A stretch of 64,000 nucleotides of DNA. It comes from Hyphomicrobiales bacterium. Lineage in GTDB: Bacteria; Pseudomonadota; Alphaproteobacteria; Rhizobiales; CBDCVD01. The first letter of the stretch is position 1. Each line of letters opens with the position of its first letter. The translations under genes and the position numbers were made by a program. The stretch covers positions 1,920,226 through 1,984,225 of the forward strand of contig OZ244974.1 of the NCBI GenBank assembly GCA_965222955.1. The letters run 5' to 3'. Positions 25,828-35,173 of this stretch are shown piece after piece. The notes beneath the pieces were generated by a model. It was not told where the DNA came from. It did not search any database and worked only from the letters and a program-made list of their open reading frames with translations.

Positions 25828-26973
25828 TCAGCGCAGGGGCGGTACGCCAAAACCGTTGATACGATCCAGTCGTTCCAGATTAACGACGCTTGAGAGCATG
25901 AGCCGGTCATGACTCCATTCCGAGGGCCGCGAGAACGCCGTAACAACCACCACAATCAGGGAAATCAGCGAAACGGCGAGCAGGGTGTCAAGATAACGAT
26001 TGCCGCTGTTGCCCAATCGTCCATCATTTGCGCTCCGGTTCGATAGTGCCAGAACCCGCCGCCCCAACGCGCTTTTTTTAAAGCCCCGCGGAGAGCGCCC
26101 CGAACGCCCCGGATCAAGCCCAAAGAGTGGTACGCTCATGGCGCCCAGGCGCGTATTCCGGGGAGAAGCAGCGGCCCTTGTTGCCAGTTCCAACAGCAAC
26201 AGGGCGTAGCGCCTTGGGTGGAAATTTTTTCGCGCAAGAAACGCCGCATCGCAACTGTATTCGCGATAGCGGCGGATCCTGTCCGAGATGAACCAGAAAG
26301 CCGGATTGAGAACCAGCAGCGGAGAGAGCAGTGACAATAGAATTTCCCAATCCACATCCCGCTGCCGAATATGCTGTATTTCGTGTCCCAGCGCCATGCG
26401 CATCGCCTCGCGATCGGATAAAAATGTGTCCGGTAGAACGATGTGGTATCTGGTCAGCCCCCGGCTTGAAAACGCGATAGTAATACGATTCGAGACCAGA
26501 ATGTTCAGCCTGCCACACGAACGCAGCGGCCTTGCATTGGATACGATTTTTATCAATCGTGCGGCGCTTATAGCGACGTAGCCGGCGCGCAGCAGCCCTG
26601 CAAGCGCCAGCGCGGCAGCCAGAACCAGCGAAGAGGGTGATGAAAGACCTGTAAGGTTGTCCATCAGGCTGTTTTTCGCCGTGAGCAGCTCGGCAAGCTG
26701 TGTTGCCGAAATGGCGATGTTGCCCTTCAGGTATTGCGCCACGACGACATCGGTGACATTGACGCCGAAAGACAATTTTGCGGGCGCGATTATCGGCAGC
26801 ACGACAAGGGATACAAAGGCGGCGCACAGTGCAGCGATCGACAGGTTCAGCCGCAGTTTATAGGCGTATCGCAAGCGGGTATGTTTTAGGGCGTATTCAG
26901 CGGTCCACACCGCCAGAAACGAAGCGATCATGATAAAATTGAGCACCAGCAAGAGTTCCAGAACCCTGCCCAT
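25828..26973 (-). CDS. M56-family (BlaR1-like) membrane metalloprotease/signal transducer
   Basis: HEIQHIRQRD zinc motif between TM helices. It lies immediately downstream of a BlaI-type repressor gene. No penicillin-binding sensor domain is apparent. Confidence 0.8.
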   Translation of the reverse strand: MGRVLELLLVLNFIMIASFLAVWTAEYALKHTRLRYAYKLRLNLSIAALCAAFVSLVVLPIIAPAKLSFGVNVTDVVVAQYLKGNIAISATQLAELLTAKNSLMDNLTGLSSPSSLVLAAALALAGLLRAGYVAISAARLIKIVSNARPLRSCGRLNILVSNRITIAFSSRGLTRYHIVLPDTFLSDREAMRMALGHEIQHIRQRDVDWEILLSLLSPLLVLNPAFWFISDRIRRYREYSCDAAFLARKNFHPRRYALLLLELATRAAASPRNTRLGAMSVPLFGLDPGRSGRSPRGFKKSALGRRVLALSNRSANDGRLGNSGNRYLDTLLAVSLISLIVVVVTAFSRPSEWSHDRLMLSSVVNLERLDRINGFGVPPLR

Positions 26974-26975
26974 AC

Positions 26976-27365
26976 CTACCTCCCGATTTTTGTATCGATA
27001 ATGTCCCTTATTTCCCTGATCATCTCCTCGCTCAGTTCCTCGTCGTCGACGAGGCGGGCGACGAGAGCGGTTGGCGCGCCGTTAAAGAGCGTGTCCGAAA
27101 GGCTTTTGAGCGATTTGCCTTCATACGCCTGCCTGTCGAGGGTTGGCGCGTAGATGAGCGTGCCGTCGGGTTTTTCCGCGTTCAGATAGCCTTTTTCCTG
27201 CAGGACTTTCAGGACGGTTGCCACCGACGTATAAGCGCGTGTTTCCTTTTGATTGAGGATATCCAGAACTTCGCGTACCGTGCCGGAGCCGATGTCCCAG
27301 AGCACTTTCATGAATTCGAGCTCAACGGACGTCAATAACTCGCTTTTTCCCTTGGGCCTGGGCAT
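26976..27365 (-). CDS. BlaI/MecI/CopY-family transcriptional repressor
   Basis: 129 aa. LTSVELEFMKVLWDIGSGTVREVLDILNQKETRAYTSVATVLKVLQEKGYL is a winged-helix pattern. Confidence 0.85.
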   Translation of the reverse strand: MPRPKGKSELLTSVELEFMKVLWDIGSGTVREVLDILNQKETRAYTSVATVLKVLQEKGYLNAEKPDGTLIYAPTLDRQAYEGKSLKSLSDTLFNGAPTALVARLVDDEELSEEMIREIRDIIDTKIGR

Positions 27366-27605
27366 TCAGAGTTTTCCATGGTTCTGGCGGGACGGCCGCT
27401 ATCAACGGGTTTAAGTCTGGCAGCTGTTTAATTGCAGCAGGTTGTTCCTGGCAAACGCATCGGGTAAAGATGACCGTTCATCTGATCATGGCGCGAACCG
27501 GCCTCCCAGTGGTTCCATTAACACCCGTGGTTCTATTAATAAGTGACCCACAGCGCGCAGACAAGGGCAAAATCGGATCGCGCGATCATCCCCGTGGCGG
27601 ATAAT

Positions 27606-28027
27606 GCGTTGATCGTGAAGAAAGGTGCTTCGCTCCGCTCAGCGCACTTTTCTTCATTTAAAACAATGAGAAAGCAACGATTAGGAAGGCGCGGCGCTTT
27701 GTTTTCCCCTGGGCTTGTTGCAAGGTTTTGGCGCATTTGCGCGTAAAGCCCGGGTGTCGCCTTTCAGTAGGTTGTTCTCGAAATCTCCGTCGGGTGCTGC
27801 TGGCCATTCATCTGATCATTAGAGATGTCACGTCCGGTTTGCCTGTACCGGGAACAACCTGCTGGAAGATCACAACCAGGGGGCTTTGCGTTTGACTCCT
27901 GGCCCGGCTTACAACCGTTGTCTTATCAGCACGACACACAAGTCAGCGCGTACAAAACGCCAATACCGCTGGTATTGTTGGGAAAAAGTGGACCGAGGCG
28001 AAGCCGAGGGACTTTTTCACATTCAAC
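27606..28027. repeat. Pile-up of four abutting repeat families (E, C, R98, B)
   Basis: E is at 27606-27746, C at 27754-27876, R98 (minus orientation) at 27875-27975, and B at 27977-28027. Confidence 0.85.
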
Positions 28028-28049
28028 TAATACCTCCCGCCGAAGCGCT

Positions 28050-29438
28050 TTAAAAGCTGTCGGTAGTCGTAAAGTCACCGCCACCACCGCCGAAGCCACC
28101 GCCGAATCCGCCACCGCCGCCAAACCCGCCTGGCCAGCCCTGGTCATCGTCCCAGTGGCGCCGCCGCCAACGCTGATCCTCGCGCATACCGTCCCAGTAC
28201 GTGCCGCTGTTGATCATCCCTTTTAGAAACTCGCCCAGCAAAACGCCGGTCATGGAACCAAAGACCGAGCCGTAATCATCAAACCGGCGGCGCTTGAAGC
28301 GATCACGAACATGCTCCAGTTCGCTGCGTTTTTCGCCGATTGCCTGCAAGCGCTGCTCTTCGCTGTGTTTTTCGCGCTCTACATGGTCCGATTTGGCGCG
28401 GATCGACTGAATACGTGCGACAATACGGTCATCGTCCTGCGATTGGGTGCGCCGGGCACGCCGGTAGAGTTGCGCAACCGGCTCTTGCGCCACCACTGCC
28501 TGAAGTTGCGCCAGCCCGTCAGAATAGGCGTCATCCTCCCCCTTTGCCAGGTCAGCGCGCGCCTGGCGAAGACGCGCCAGGTCTTGCGTAACCGCATTGA
28601 TGCGGGCATCGATCACCTCCTTTTCCGCCCGCAACCGCTCCACGTGAGCCACCATCTCTCCCTGGCCGATTTCCTTTAAAGCCTGCTCCTCGGCAGCCGC
28701 CAGCGCCTTCGCCTGCTCCCTGGCCAGCGTTCGCATGCGTTGTGCATGGGCGCCAAGGCGTTTCGGAATTTCGTTGAGCATAAAGTAATTCGCCCGCGCT
28801 TCGGCATAGCCCACCAGTCGCGCCACCCAGCCATCGAGCAGGCGGACCAGACCGCCGCCCTTGTAGGTACTGGTGCCATAGGCGTTGTTCCACAGGTACA
28901 TGAACAGGGGATCGGACTGGTACCGCTCGCCCTTGGCAAGTTGATCGGCTTGCGCCTGAACGATTTTTTCCTCTGCCGCATCGGCCCGCCTGGTCGCTGT
29001 ACGGGCGGTCTCGGCCGATCTCCTGTAGACCGGATGACGCATCAACTCATCGCGCATGCCGATAAGTTCGTTATCGAGGCGCTCCTCGGCGTCCTCAAGC
29101 TGCGAAGCCGTTTCCTCTCGCCGGGTGTTCAGTTGCGTCAGTTCGCTCTCACCCGCGCTGACACCCGTTTCGGTTTCGTCGTATCGCTGCGCATGGGCCA
29201 ATATCAACCCGGCAGCGTGGCGTTCGGCGCGCGAAAGTGTATCGACAATGTCGCCGCGGGTAATCGCCTCCGCCCGTACCTCGGCGAGGGCACGATATTC
29301 GATGGCCAGTTCCTGGCCGAGACGGATCAACTGCTCGCTTAATGTGCGCAGGCGGGCGCTTGTTTCGCGTTCGTCATGCTGAATTTGTCCGACCGCCTTG
29401 TCGATGGAGCCAAGGGTGTCACGACCACTGGTAAACAT
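28050..29438 (-). CDS. Coiled-coil protein with a glycine-rich C-terminal tail (third gene of the TelA-like operon)
   Basis: About 462 aa from ATG 29438, with GAGG 4 nt upstream. Long heptad-like regions. A conserved-looking block reads DPLFMYLWNNAYGTSTYKGGGLVRLLDGWVARLVGY. The tail is GWPGGFGGGGGFGGGFGGGGGDF. Confidence 0.6.
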   Translation of the reverse strand: MFTSGRDTLGSIDKAVGQIQHDERETSARLRTLSEQLIRLGQELAIEYRALAEVRAEAITRGDIVDTLSRAERHAAGLILAHAQRYDETETGVSAGESELTQLNTRREETASQLEDAEERLDNELIGMRDELMRHPVYRRSAETARTATRRADAAEEKIVQAQADQLAKGERYQSDPLFMYLWNNAYGTSTYKGGGLVRLLDGWVARLVGYAEARANYFMLNEIPKRLGAHAQRMRTLAREQAKALAAAEEQALKEIGQGEMVAHVERLRAEKEVIDARINAVTQDLARLRQARADLAKGEDDAYSDGLAQLQAVVAQEPVAQLYRRARRTQSQDDDRIVARIQSIRAKSDHVEREKHSEEQRLQAIGEKRSELEHVRDRFKRRRFDDYGSVFGSMTGVLLGEFLKGMINSGTYWDGMREDQRWRRRHWDDDQGWPGGFGGGGGFGGGFGGGGGDFTTTDSF

Positions 29439-29495
29439 GGGACCTCGCATGGTTCAGTATCGGCAACGCAGCGGTTGGCGCGAACGGGATGCCGT

Positions 29496-30470
29496 TCACC
29501 ACGCGGTGATCGAACCGCCGCCAACGCCGCGGGAATATTCGGGCGCTAGTCTGCCCAATCGCTTGTGACCGACAACAGCGTTGTTGACGATACCATCGGC
29601 CAGTTTGTCGGTGCGCACGGCGTCGAACACGCGCTTTTCGACGCGGATGCCCCACTTTTTCACGTGTTCGGCGGCGCTGCTTTCGTCATTGCGAATGGGA
29701 ACGCTAAGCGCCTTACCGTCGGCGTCCAGCGCCTCGACGATGAGATAATGCGCCTTGCCCCCCGATGTATGAGTGCGCTCAAGGCCGCTTTTCTCGCCCG
29801 AGCGGGAAACGATGCGAATGGTATATTCCTGTTTGAGCTGCGCCAGCAGGGCGGTGAGTTTGGTGATCTGCTCTTGCGCTGCGGTGCTGTTCTCGTTTCT
29901 GGCCGCTGCAATTCCGGCATTCGCCAGGGCGGCGGCGCGGGTGAGGGCTTCCTCGTCTCTGGCGATCGCCGAGATTTGTGCGCTCAGGGCCTCGATCTGT
30001 TTTGGCATCTGCTGCGTAACAGCAATACGCGCTTGGGTTTCCTGATAGCTGTTATAGCGGCCAACGGCAAACAGGGCGGCAACGGCCACGACGCCGGCAA
30101 GGGCAACGATGGCAACTTTGCGGCCCCACTGATGGCGCGTGACATAGGCGTGGGCGAGGGTGCGGCGCAGGCCTGACGCGGGCGGGGTATAGGTAAAGCG
30201 ATCCTCTTTCAGTGCCGCCACCCCATCCGCAATGACATGATCGGGAACCTCGATCCCCTGTTTGGCATAAACGGCGCGCAGACGCTCGACGAGTTGATGC
30301 TCGCGCGCTTCTTCATTGAGTTCGCGCTCGACCAGTTTTTCCTCGTGGCGCAGGGTATCGACCACGTCCATGGCAAGCATTAACTCATCGAGGCCGATTT
30401 TATCATTGCGTGCCGCGCCCGTCCCGGCTGTGACAACGCCTGTGGACGCATCGGCTGTGATATCCGCCAT
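29496..30470 (-). CDS. Single-pass membrane protein of unknown function (second gene of the TelA-like operon)
   Basis: 324 aa. N-terminal helical region (LMLAMDVVDTLRHEEKLVEREL), one TM helix (VAIVALAGVVAVAALFAV), a coiled coil, and a C-terminal beta-looking domain (YTIRIVSRSGEKSGLERT...HYLIVEALDADGKAL). Confidence 0.6.
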   Translation of the reverse strand: MADITADASTGVVTAGTGAARNDKIGLDELMLAMDVVDTLRHEEKLVERELNEEAREHQLVERLRAVYAKQGIEVPDHVIADGVAALKEDRFTYTPPASGLRRTLAHAYVTRHQWGRKVAIVALAGVVAVAALFAVGRYNSYQETQARIAVTQQMPKQIEALSAQISAIARDEEALTRAAALANAGIAAARNENSTAAQEQITKLTALLAQLKQEYTIRIVSRSGEKSGLERTHTSGGKAHYLIVEALDADGKALSVPIRNDESSAAEHVKKWGIRVEKRVFDAVRTDKLADGIVNNAVVGHKRLGRLAPEYSRGVGGGSITAW

Positions 30471-30508
30471 GTGGTTATTCCTCGTAACGTCGCCCCCGGG
30501 CGTTTCGG

Positions 30509-30657
30509 TTGTGATCTTTCAACAGATTGTTGCAAGGACGGGCAAATCCGAAGCGATCCCTGGTGCGGCCCTTGCCGCAGATGGCGAGCAGCAAGACCAT
30601 ACCGGGTCATTCATCTGATCATCGCTTTTTTCGAAAACAACCTGTTAAGGGTTACAA
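30509..30657 (+). repeat. Family C element inside the TelA-like operon spacer
   Basis: ttgtgatctttcaacagattgttgcaaggacgggcaaatccgaag ... attcatctgatcat ... cgaaaacaacctgttaagggttacaa. Confidence 0.85.
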
Positions 30658-30856
30658 ACCTGGTGGTTCGATTCCAATATTTGCACCTTCCAAGCGCAGC
30701 CTTGCATGCACATGCCGCAATCAAGATTCCACTGGCAGCGCCATATCGTCAACGCACGTCACGCGAAACCGCTTCCGCCTGATCGTCCGTAGGGCATCAC
30801 CGCGCCGGGCTTGTCGACGTTCTCCCTTACGCTTCTCCGCTGGCCATGGCCGATCC

Positions 30857-32041
30857 TCAGGCGGACAGATCCAGAACAAGCGCGTTGCCCTCGGAGGCCA
30901 GGCGCGCCAGCCGTTGTTTGCCATCTTCCACGGCTACGCGAATTTCCTTTGAGTTCTCGGTGGCGAGAACGCGCATTTCGTTGATGATTTCGCGCGAGCG
31001 TTCCTGGAAGTTGACCACCGAATCGACCAGCTTTTGAACCGATTCCGCCCGCACAGTGGGGCCATAGCCCGCCCTGATGGCCTCTTCCTGCACCGCATCG
31101 CCAATCTCGGCCAGGGTTTCGAGACTTTTCGAGACACCCTCTTTCATGGCTTCCAGGGTCTGGGTGGATTCGTGCAGGCCATGCAAGCCGGTAAAGCTGG
31201 CTTTAAGCGCCGTCAGAACGGTCTCGTTGGTGGAGAAGAAGCTGATTGCCTGCGCATAGACCCGCTCCTTGGCGTTGGTCGTCTGCATTAAGCGCGCCAT
31301 GACAACCTCCGACGTATTGTAGCCGATGGTCAGGTTGTCGGAGAGGTCCTTGGCGATCTGGTAGCGTTTTTCCTCGTCCTGCATGGCGCGCACCTTTTCA
31401 TCGCGCGCCATTTCCAGGCGCGCCCGGGCGGCCGCATCGCCGTCCTGGGATGATGCGATCTCTTTATTTGCCTGGTCCAGAAGTCCCTTGGCGTTCTCCA
31501 GTTTTTTCTCCGCCTGTTCCAGCACTTCAAACGCCAGCACCTCGGACTGTTTCAGGGCGCCGCGAAAATCCGCATAAGATTCCAAAATCGTATGTTCGCG
31601 TTCGATCTGCTCCTTGGTATCGCGGGCGACATCGAGATAGGTGCCGCGGATGGCATCGAAACGTGCCGCGACATCGCCGCGCGTGACTTTCATCCATACA
31701 TTGGAAAGCCGCTCGAAGGTCGAGATGGTGCCGTCTTCGAGCTGATCGACCATGGATTTGGCGTCTTCGCGGATGGAATTGAATGCGTCGGTGATTTCTT
31801 CGTAACGCTGGCCGATATTCATGGCCTCGATCTGATTGCGCACCACATCATTAAAGACGCTTTGCTGGTTGAGGGTGCGGGCAATGGCGAGTACGCGGTC
31901 CTGATCGAGATCGGATATTTTCTCCAGCAGCGGAACAATCGGTTGCTCCTGCACTGTTTCCGGCATCAGCCCGAGTTCGCGCAGCGAGCCAAGGGCCTTG
32001 TCGAGATATTGCATCGGCTTTAGGGCCATATCTGAGTTCAT
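30857..32041 (-). CDS. TelA-like (toxic anion resistance family-like) protein, distant
   Basis: 394 aa, all-helical. The segment YQIAKDLSDNLTIGYNTSEVVMARLMQTTNAKERVYAQAISFFSTNETVLTALKA aligns by eye with the TelA/YceH core (L.LSRQI.IQ.AP.IRLIQ..N..L..KI...I...IPLWK.Q...AL). Confidence 0.45.
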   Translation of the reverse strand: MNSDMALKPMQYLDKALGSLRELGLMPETVQEQPIVPLLEKISDLDQDRVLAIARTLNQQSVFNDVVRNQIEAMNIGQRYEEITDAFNSIREDAKSMVDQLEDGTISTFERLSNVWMKVTRGDVAARFDAIRGTYLDVARDTKEQIEREHTILESYADFRGALKQSEVLAFEVLEQAEKKLENAKGLLDQANKEIASSQDGDAAARARLEMARDEKVRAMQDEEKRYQIAKDLSDNLTIGYNTSEVVMARLMQTTNAKERVYAQAISFFSTNETVLTALKASFTGLHGLHESTQTLEAMKEGVSKSLETLAEIGDAVQEEAIRAGYGPTVRAESVQKLVDSVVNFQERSREIINEMRVLATENSKEIRVAVEDGKQRLARLASEGNALVLDLSA

Positions 32042-32176
32042 GGGGATTACTCCGAACGATTAAAACGATTGAATTAGGTCGAAAGGGTCAAACTTGCCGT
32101 ACAACCGGCACCGGACCGGCAGTTTCGAATTTCATGAAGCCGCAGCAACACGCCCGTGCCCCGGGCGGTTGGACCA

Positions 32177-32279
32177 ATACCAGCGGTATTGGCTTTTGTA
32201 CACGCTGACTTGTGTATCATGCTGATAAAACAGCGGTTTTTAAACCAAGCCAGAAATCACACGCAAAGTCCCTTGGTAT
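32177..32279 (+). repeat. R98 element, single copy
   Basis: ataccagcggtattggcttttgtacacgctgacttgtgtatcatgctgataaaacagcggtttttaaaccaagccagaaatcacacgcaaagtcccttggtat. Confidence 0.9.
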
Positions 32280-32433
32280 AAACGCTCCTTACCTTGCCAC
32301 ATATGAAAACGGAATCCAATATTTATAGCCGATTTTATCCCGCCGGTTAGCGCTTGCCAAGATTCGCTGTATGATGTGTTGCCGCGTCTCCCGGGCGACT
32401 GCTCCCGGTACGGCATGCCAGCCCGGCCCTTTC

Positions 32434-33624
32434 TCAGTTCATGGGTTTGCCGTCGAGATAATCGCTGACGCGTTTCAGGGCGCGTTCGATGTTCTGGCGC
32501 GAATTGGCATAGGAGAAACGCAAATATCCCTCGCCATTGGCACCAAAGTCCGTCCCGGCGATCACCGCGACGCCGGCCTTTTCGAGAAGTTCACTGGCCA
32601 GGGCTCTTGAGGCGCGCCCCTTGCGGGTGTGCGCCGTAACATCGGCGAAGGCATAGAACGCTCCCCCCGGCAGGAGACACGAGACCCCGTTTATGGCGTT
32701 AAGCCCATCGACAATAACCGTGCGCCGTTCGGCAAAGGCGGCCATCATGGTCTCAACCGCGTCCAGGGGGCCTGTAAGGGCGGCGATGGCGGCATATTGC
32801 GCCGCTGTATTGACGCACGACCAGGCGTTGACGGCGAGTTTTCGTACCGGCTCCAGGAGCGCGTCGGGCCAGATGGAAAAGCCCAGACGCCAGCCGGTCA
32901 TGGCAAACGTTTTCGAGCAGCCATCGAGGTGGATTAACTGCCGGCGAAGATGGGGATAACGCAACAGGCTGGTATGAACGTTGCCGTCATAACACATGCG
33001 CCCGTAGATTTCGTCGGACAGTATGGCGATATCGGGGCGCCGCGCCAGGCCGGCGGCCAGCGCATCAATTTCGGCGCGCGGGGTGACGCCGCCGGTGGGA
33101 TTGGCTGGCGAGTTCAGGATGATCAGGCGGGTATGAGGCGTGATGAGATCGAGAACGTCACGCGCCCTGAAGGCAAAGCCGTTGGCCTGGGTGATAGGGA
33201 CAGGAACCGGCCGGGCGCCGCTGAAGGCGATCATGGAATGATAGATGGGAAAGCCGGGATCGGGATAGAGGATATCCGCGCCGGGCGCGCCAAACAGGGT
33301 GATGGCGGCGTACATGGCCGGCTTGCCGCCTGGCATGATCATGACATTGTCGGGGTTGATTTCAACGTCTGTAAAGCGCAGGGTCCAGGCGCAAACGGCT
33401 TCGCGCAGGGCGCGAATGCCGCGCGCGTCCGTATAGCCGTGATGGCCATCGCGCAGGGCCTTGACGGCGGCCTCGACGATATGCGCCGGTGTTGCGAAGT
33501 CAGGTTGTCCGATACCAAGATTGATGATATCGCGACCCTGGGCCTGCAAGTGCTGGGCGCGGGCGAGGACGGCGAAGGCGTTTTCATCGCCGAGGCGGGA
33601 GAAGGCGGATATGGTGCGGAGCAT
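32434..33624 (-). CDS. Class I/II pyridoxal-phosphate-dependent aminotransferase (aspartate aminotransferase-like)
   Basis: 396 aa. INLGIGQPDF, NSPANPTG and CSKTFAMTGWRLG (PLP lysine motif). Confidence 0.85.
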   Translation of the reverse strand: MLRTISAFSRLGDENAFAVLARAQHLQAQGRDIINLGIGQPDFATPAHIVEAAVKALRDGHHGYTDARGIRALREAVCAWTLRFTDVEINPDNVMIMPGGKPAMYAAITLFGAPGADILYPDPGFPIYHSMIAFSGARPVPVPITQANGFAFRARDVLDLITPHTRLIILNSPANPTGGVTPRAEIDALAAGLARRPDIAILSDEIYGRMCYDGNVHTSLLRYPHLRRQLIHLDGCSKTFAMTGWRLGFSIWPDALLEPVRKLAVNAWSCVNTAAQYAAIAALTGPLDAVETMMAAFAERRTVIVDGLNAINGVSCLLPGGAFYAFADVTAHTRKGRASRALASELLEKAGVAVIAGTDFGANGEGYLRFSYANSRQNIERALKRVSDYLDGKPMN

Positions 33625-33670
33625 TGTGGCGTTCCCGATAGAGTGGTGGAGGACGATGGCGCGCTCTAGC

Positions 33671-34297
33671 TGTGATCTTTTAGCAGGTTGTTATCGGGAC
33701 GGGCAAATCTGGAGGGATACCTGGTGCGGCCCTTGCCGCAGATGGTGGCCAGCAGCACCCGATGGGTTTTCGAGAACAACCTGTTGAAATTACACATCCA
33801 ACTGCCGCTTTCAGTAATACGCGTTTACATAACAATCGCGCCAGGCGCAATTATTGTCGCGTTCGGGATGTTGTTGAGAGCAGGGCCGCAAAGCCGCCCG
33901 GTCGCCTGACCGGCCGAGCCCGTCGCCGGTTGTGTAGTTTCAACAGTTGAATTTGAAAAAGCCCCTCGGCTTCGCCCCGGTCCACTTTTTCCCAATAAAA
34001 TAAGGACAAATCAGTTCCCGGGGCGGCCCGGCGGACTGATTTGGCATTAAAACCTTGCAATAAAGCCCAAGCGAAAACAAAGCGCCACACCTTCCTGAGC
34101 GCTGTTTTCTCATTGTTTTAAATGAGGAAAAGTACACGCAAGCGGCGCGAAGCACCTTTCTTCGCGATCAACTCAACAGGGTGTTGCCGAAAAAACCATC
34201 AGATGGATGGTGGGGTATGGCCTCCCTGACGGCAAGGGCGCAAGAGATGTACCTTCAGACGTGCCTGTCCTGGACACACCCTGTTGAAAGGTCACAA
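33671..34297. repeat. Pile-up of repeat families (C, B-long, E, C)
   Basis: C is at 33671-33797, B with extension at 33946-34038, E (minus orientation, truncated) at 34045-34172, and C (inverted) at 34172-34297. Confidence 0.85.
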
Positions 34298-34338
34298 ACG
34301 GTGCGCCGATACAGCCGGTACGGAAGAATTTGCCCTTG

Positions 34339-34950
34339 CTACGCCGCCTGCTGGCGGTCCCGGGCGAGTTTGGCGCGGGCACGCGCCATAAGGGCATCGA
34401 CGGGCTCATGGGCGACCGCGGTAGCGGTGCCGACGGCGATACGAATATCCATGGGCGGCAGCCCTTCGAGTTGCGTCTGCGCCTCGATTTCGCGCTTTAT
34501 CTCACCGGCGCGACGCTCGCAGTCGAACTTTTCCGCATACCACAGAATAACCGACAGCTCATGCTTTTCCGTTCGTCCGATGATATCGGAGGTGCGTACG
34601 CGTTGCCGCAGGCCATCAGCGATCTGCGCCAGAACCTGCAGCGGAATATCGGCGCCATAGACCTGCTCAAGATGATCGATCTGCAGCAACTCGATGGTCA
34701 GAACGGAGACCGGAATATCGTGCCGCTTCATCAAGGCACAGGCGCGGGTGAGTTCTTCGAAAAACGCCGTCACACTGATCGCACCGGTCGCGCTGTCGTG
34801 GCGGGCGTCCTCCTCGATTTCCGTCAATGTGAGCCGCAAGTCCTCGGAACTCTCCGCAAGGGCGTTGTATTTGGCCAAAAGGTCCTCGAACTGCTCGCGA
34901 ATACCGGGGGGCAATCCGCTCAGATCATCCCGATCATGCTTTGCATTCAT
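34339..34950 (-). CDS. Stand-alone degenerate GGDEF-domain protein
   Basis: 203 aa. The GGDEF-domain topology is recognisable (TGAISVTAFFEEL...SVLTIELLQIDHLEQVYG...RTSDIIGRTEKHELSVILW). The position of the GG(D/E)EF signature reads TEKHEL. Confidence 0.6.
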   Translation of the reverse strand: MNAKHDRDDLSGLPPGIREQFEDLLAKYNALAESSEDLRLTLTEIEEDARHDSATGAISVTAFFEELTRACALMKRHDIPVSVLTIELLQIDHLEQVYGADIPLQVLAQIADGLRQRVRTSDIIGRTEKHELSVILWYAEKFDCERRAGEIKREIEAQTQLEGLPPMDIRIAVGTATAVAHEPVDALMARARAKLARDRQQAA

Positions 34951-35173
34951 AGCCGAAACCCTCTATTCCTAACCGCCAGAGCGTGTCATGTCCTAATGGA
35001 ACCGTTATATGACTTGACCATGCAGGTTTATCGTTTTCACATATGTCAAGCAGGATAAACCCGGTGTCGTTAACGAGCCGTTACATCGTGCCTGGCGCGG
35101 AACAAGCCAACAGGCCTTCGGTTGCCCGGCAGACACGTTCACAGGTAAAACAACAAGGGATAAACAAAAACCA

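Noticed and set aside
27536-27746. Small ORFs MRQNLATSPGENKAP... recurring at 58691-58882 and 33940-34155. They could be a small protein family.
   Set aside because: Conservation is at the nucleotide level across a hairpin-containing repeat (family E). The amino-acid sequences diverge wherever nucleotides differ, and there are no ribosome-binding sites.
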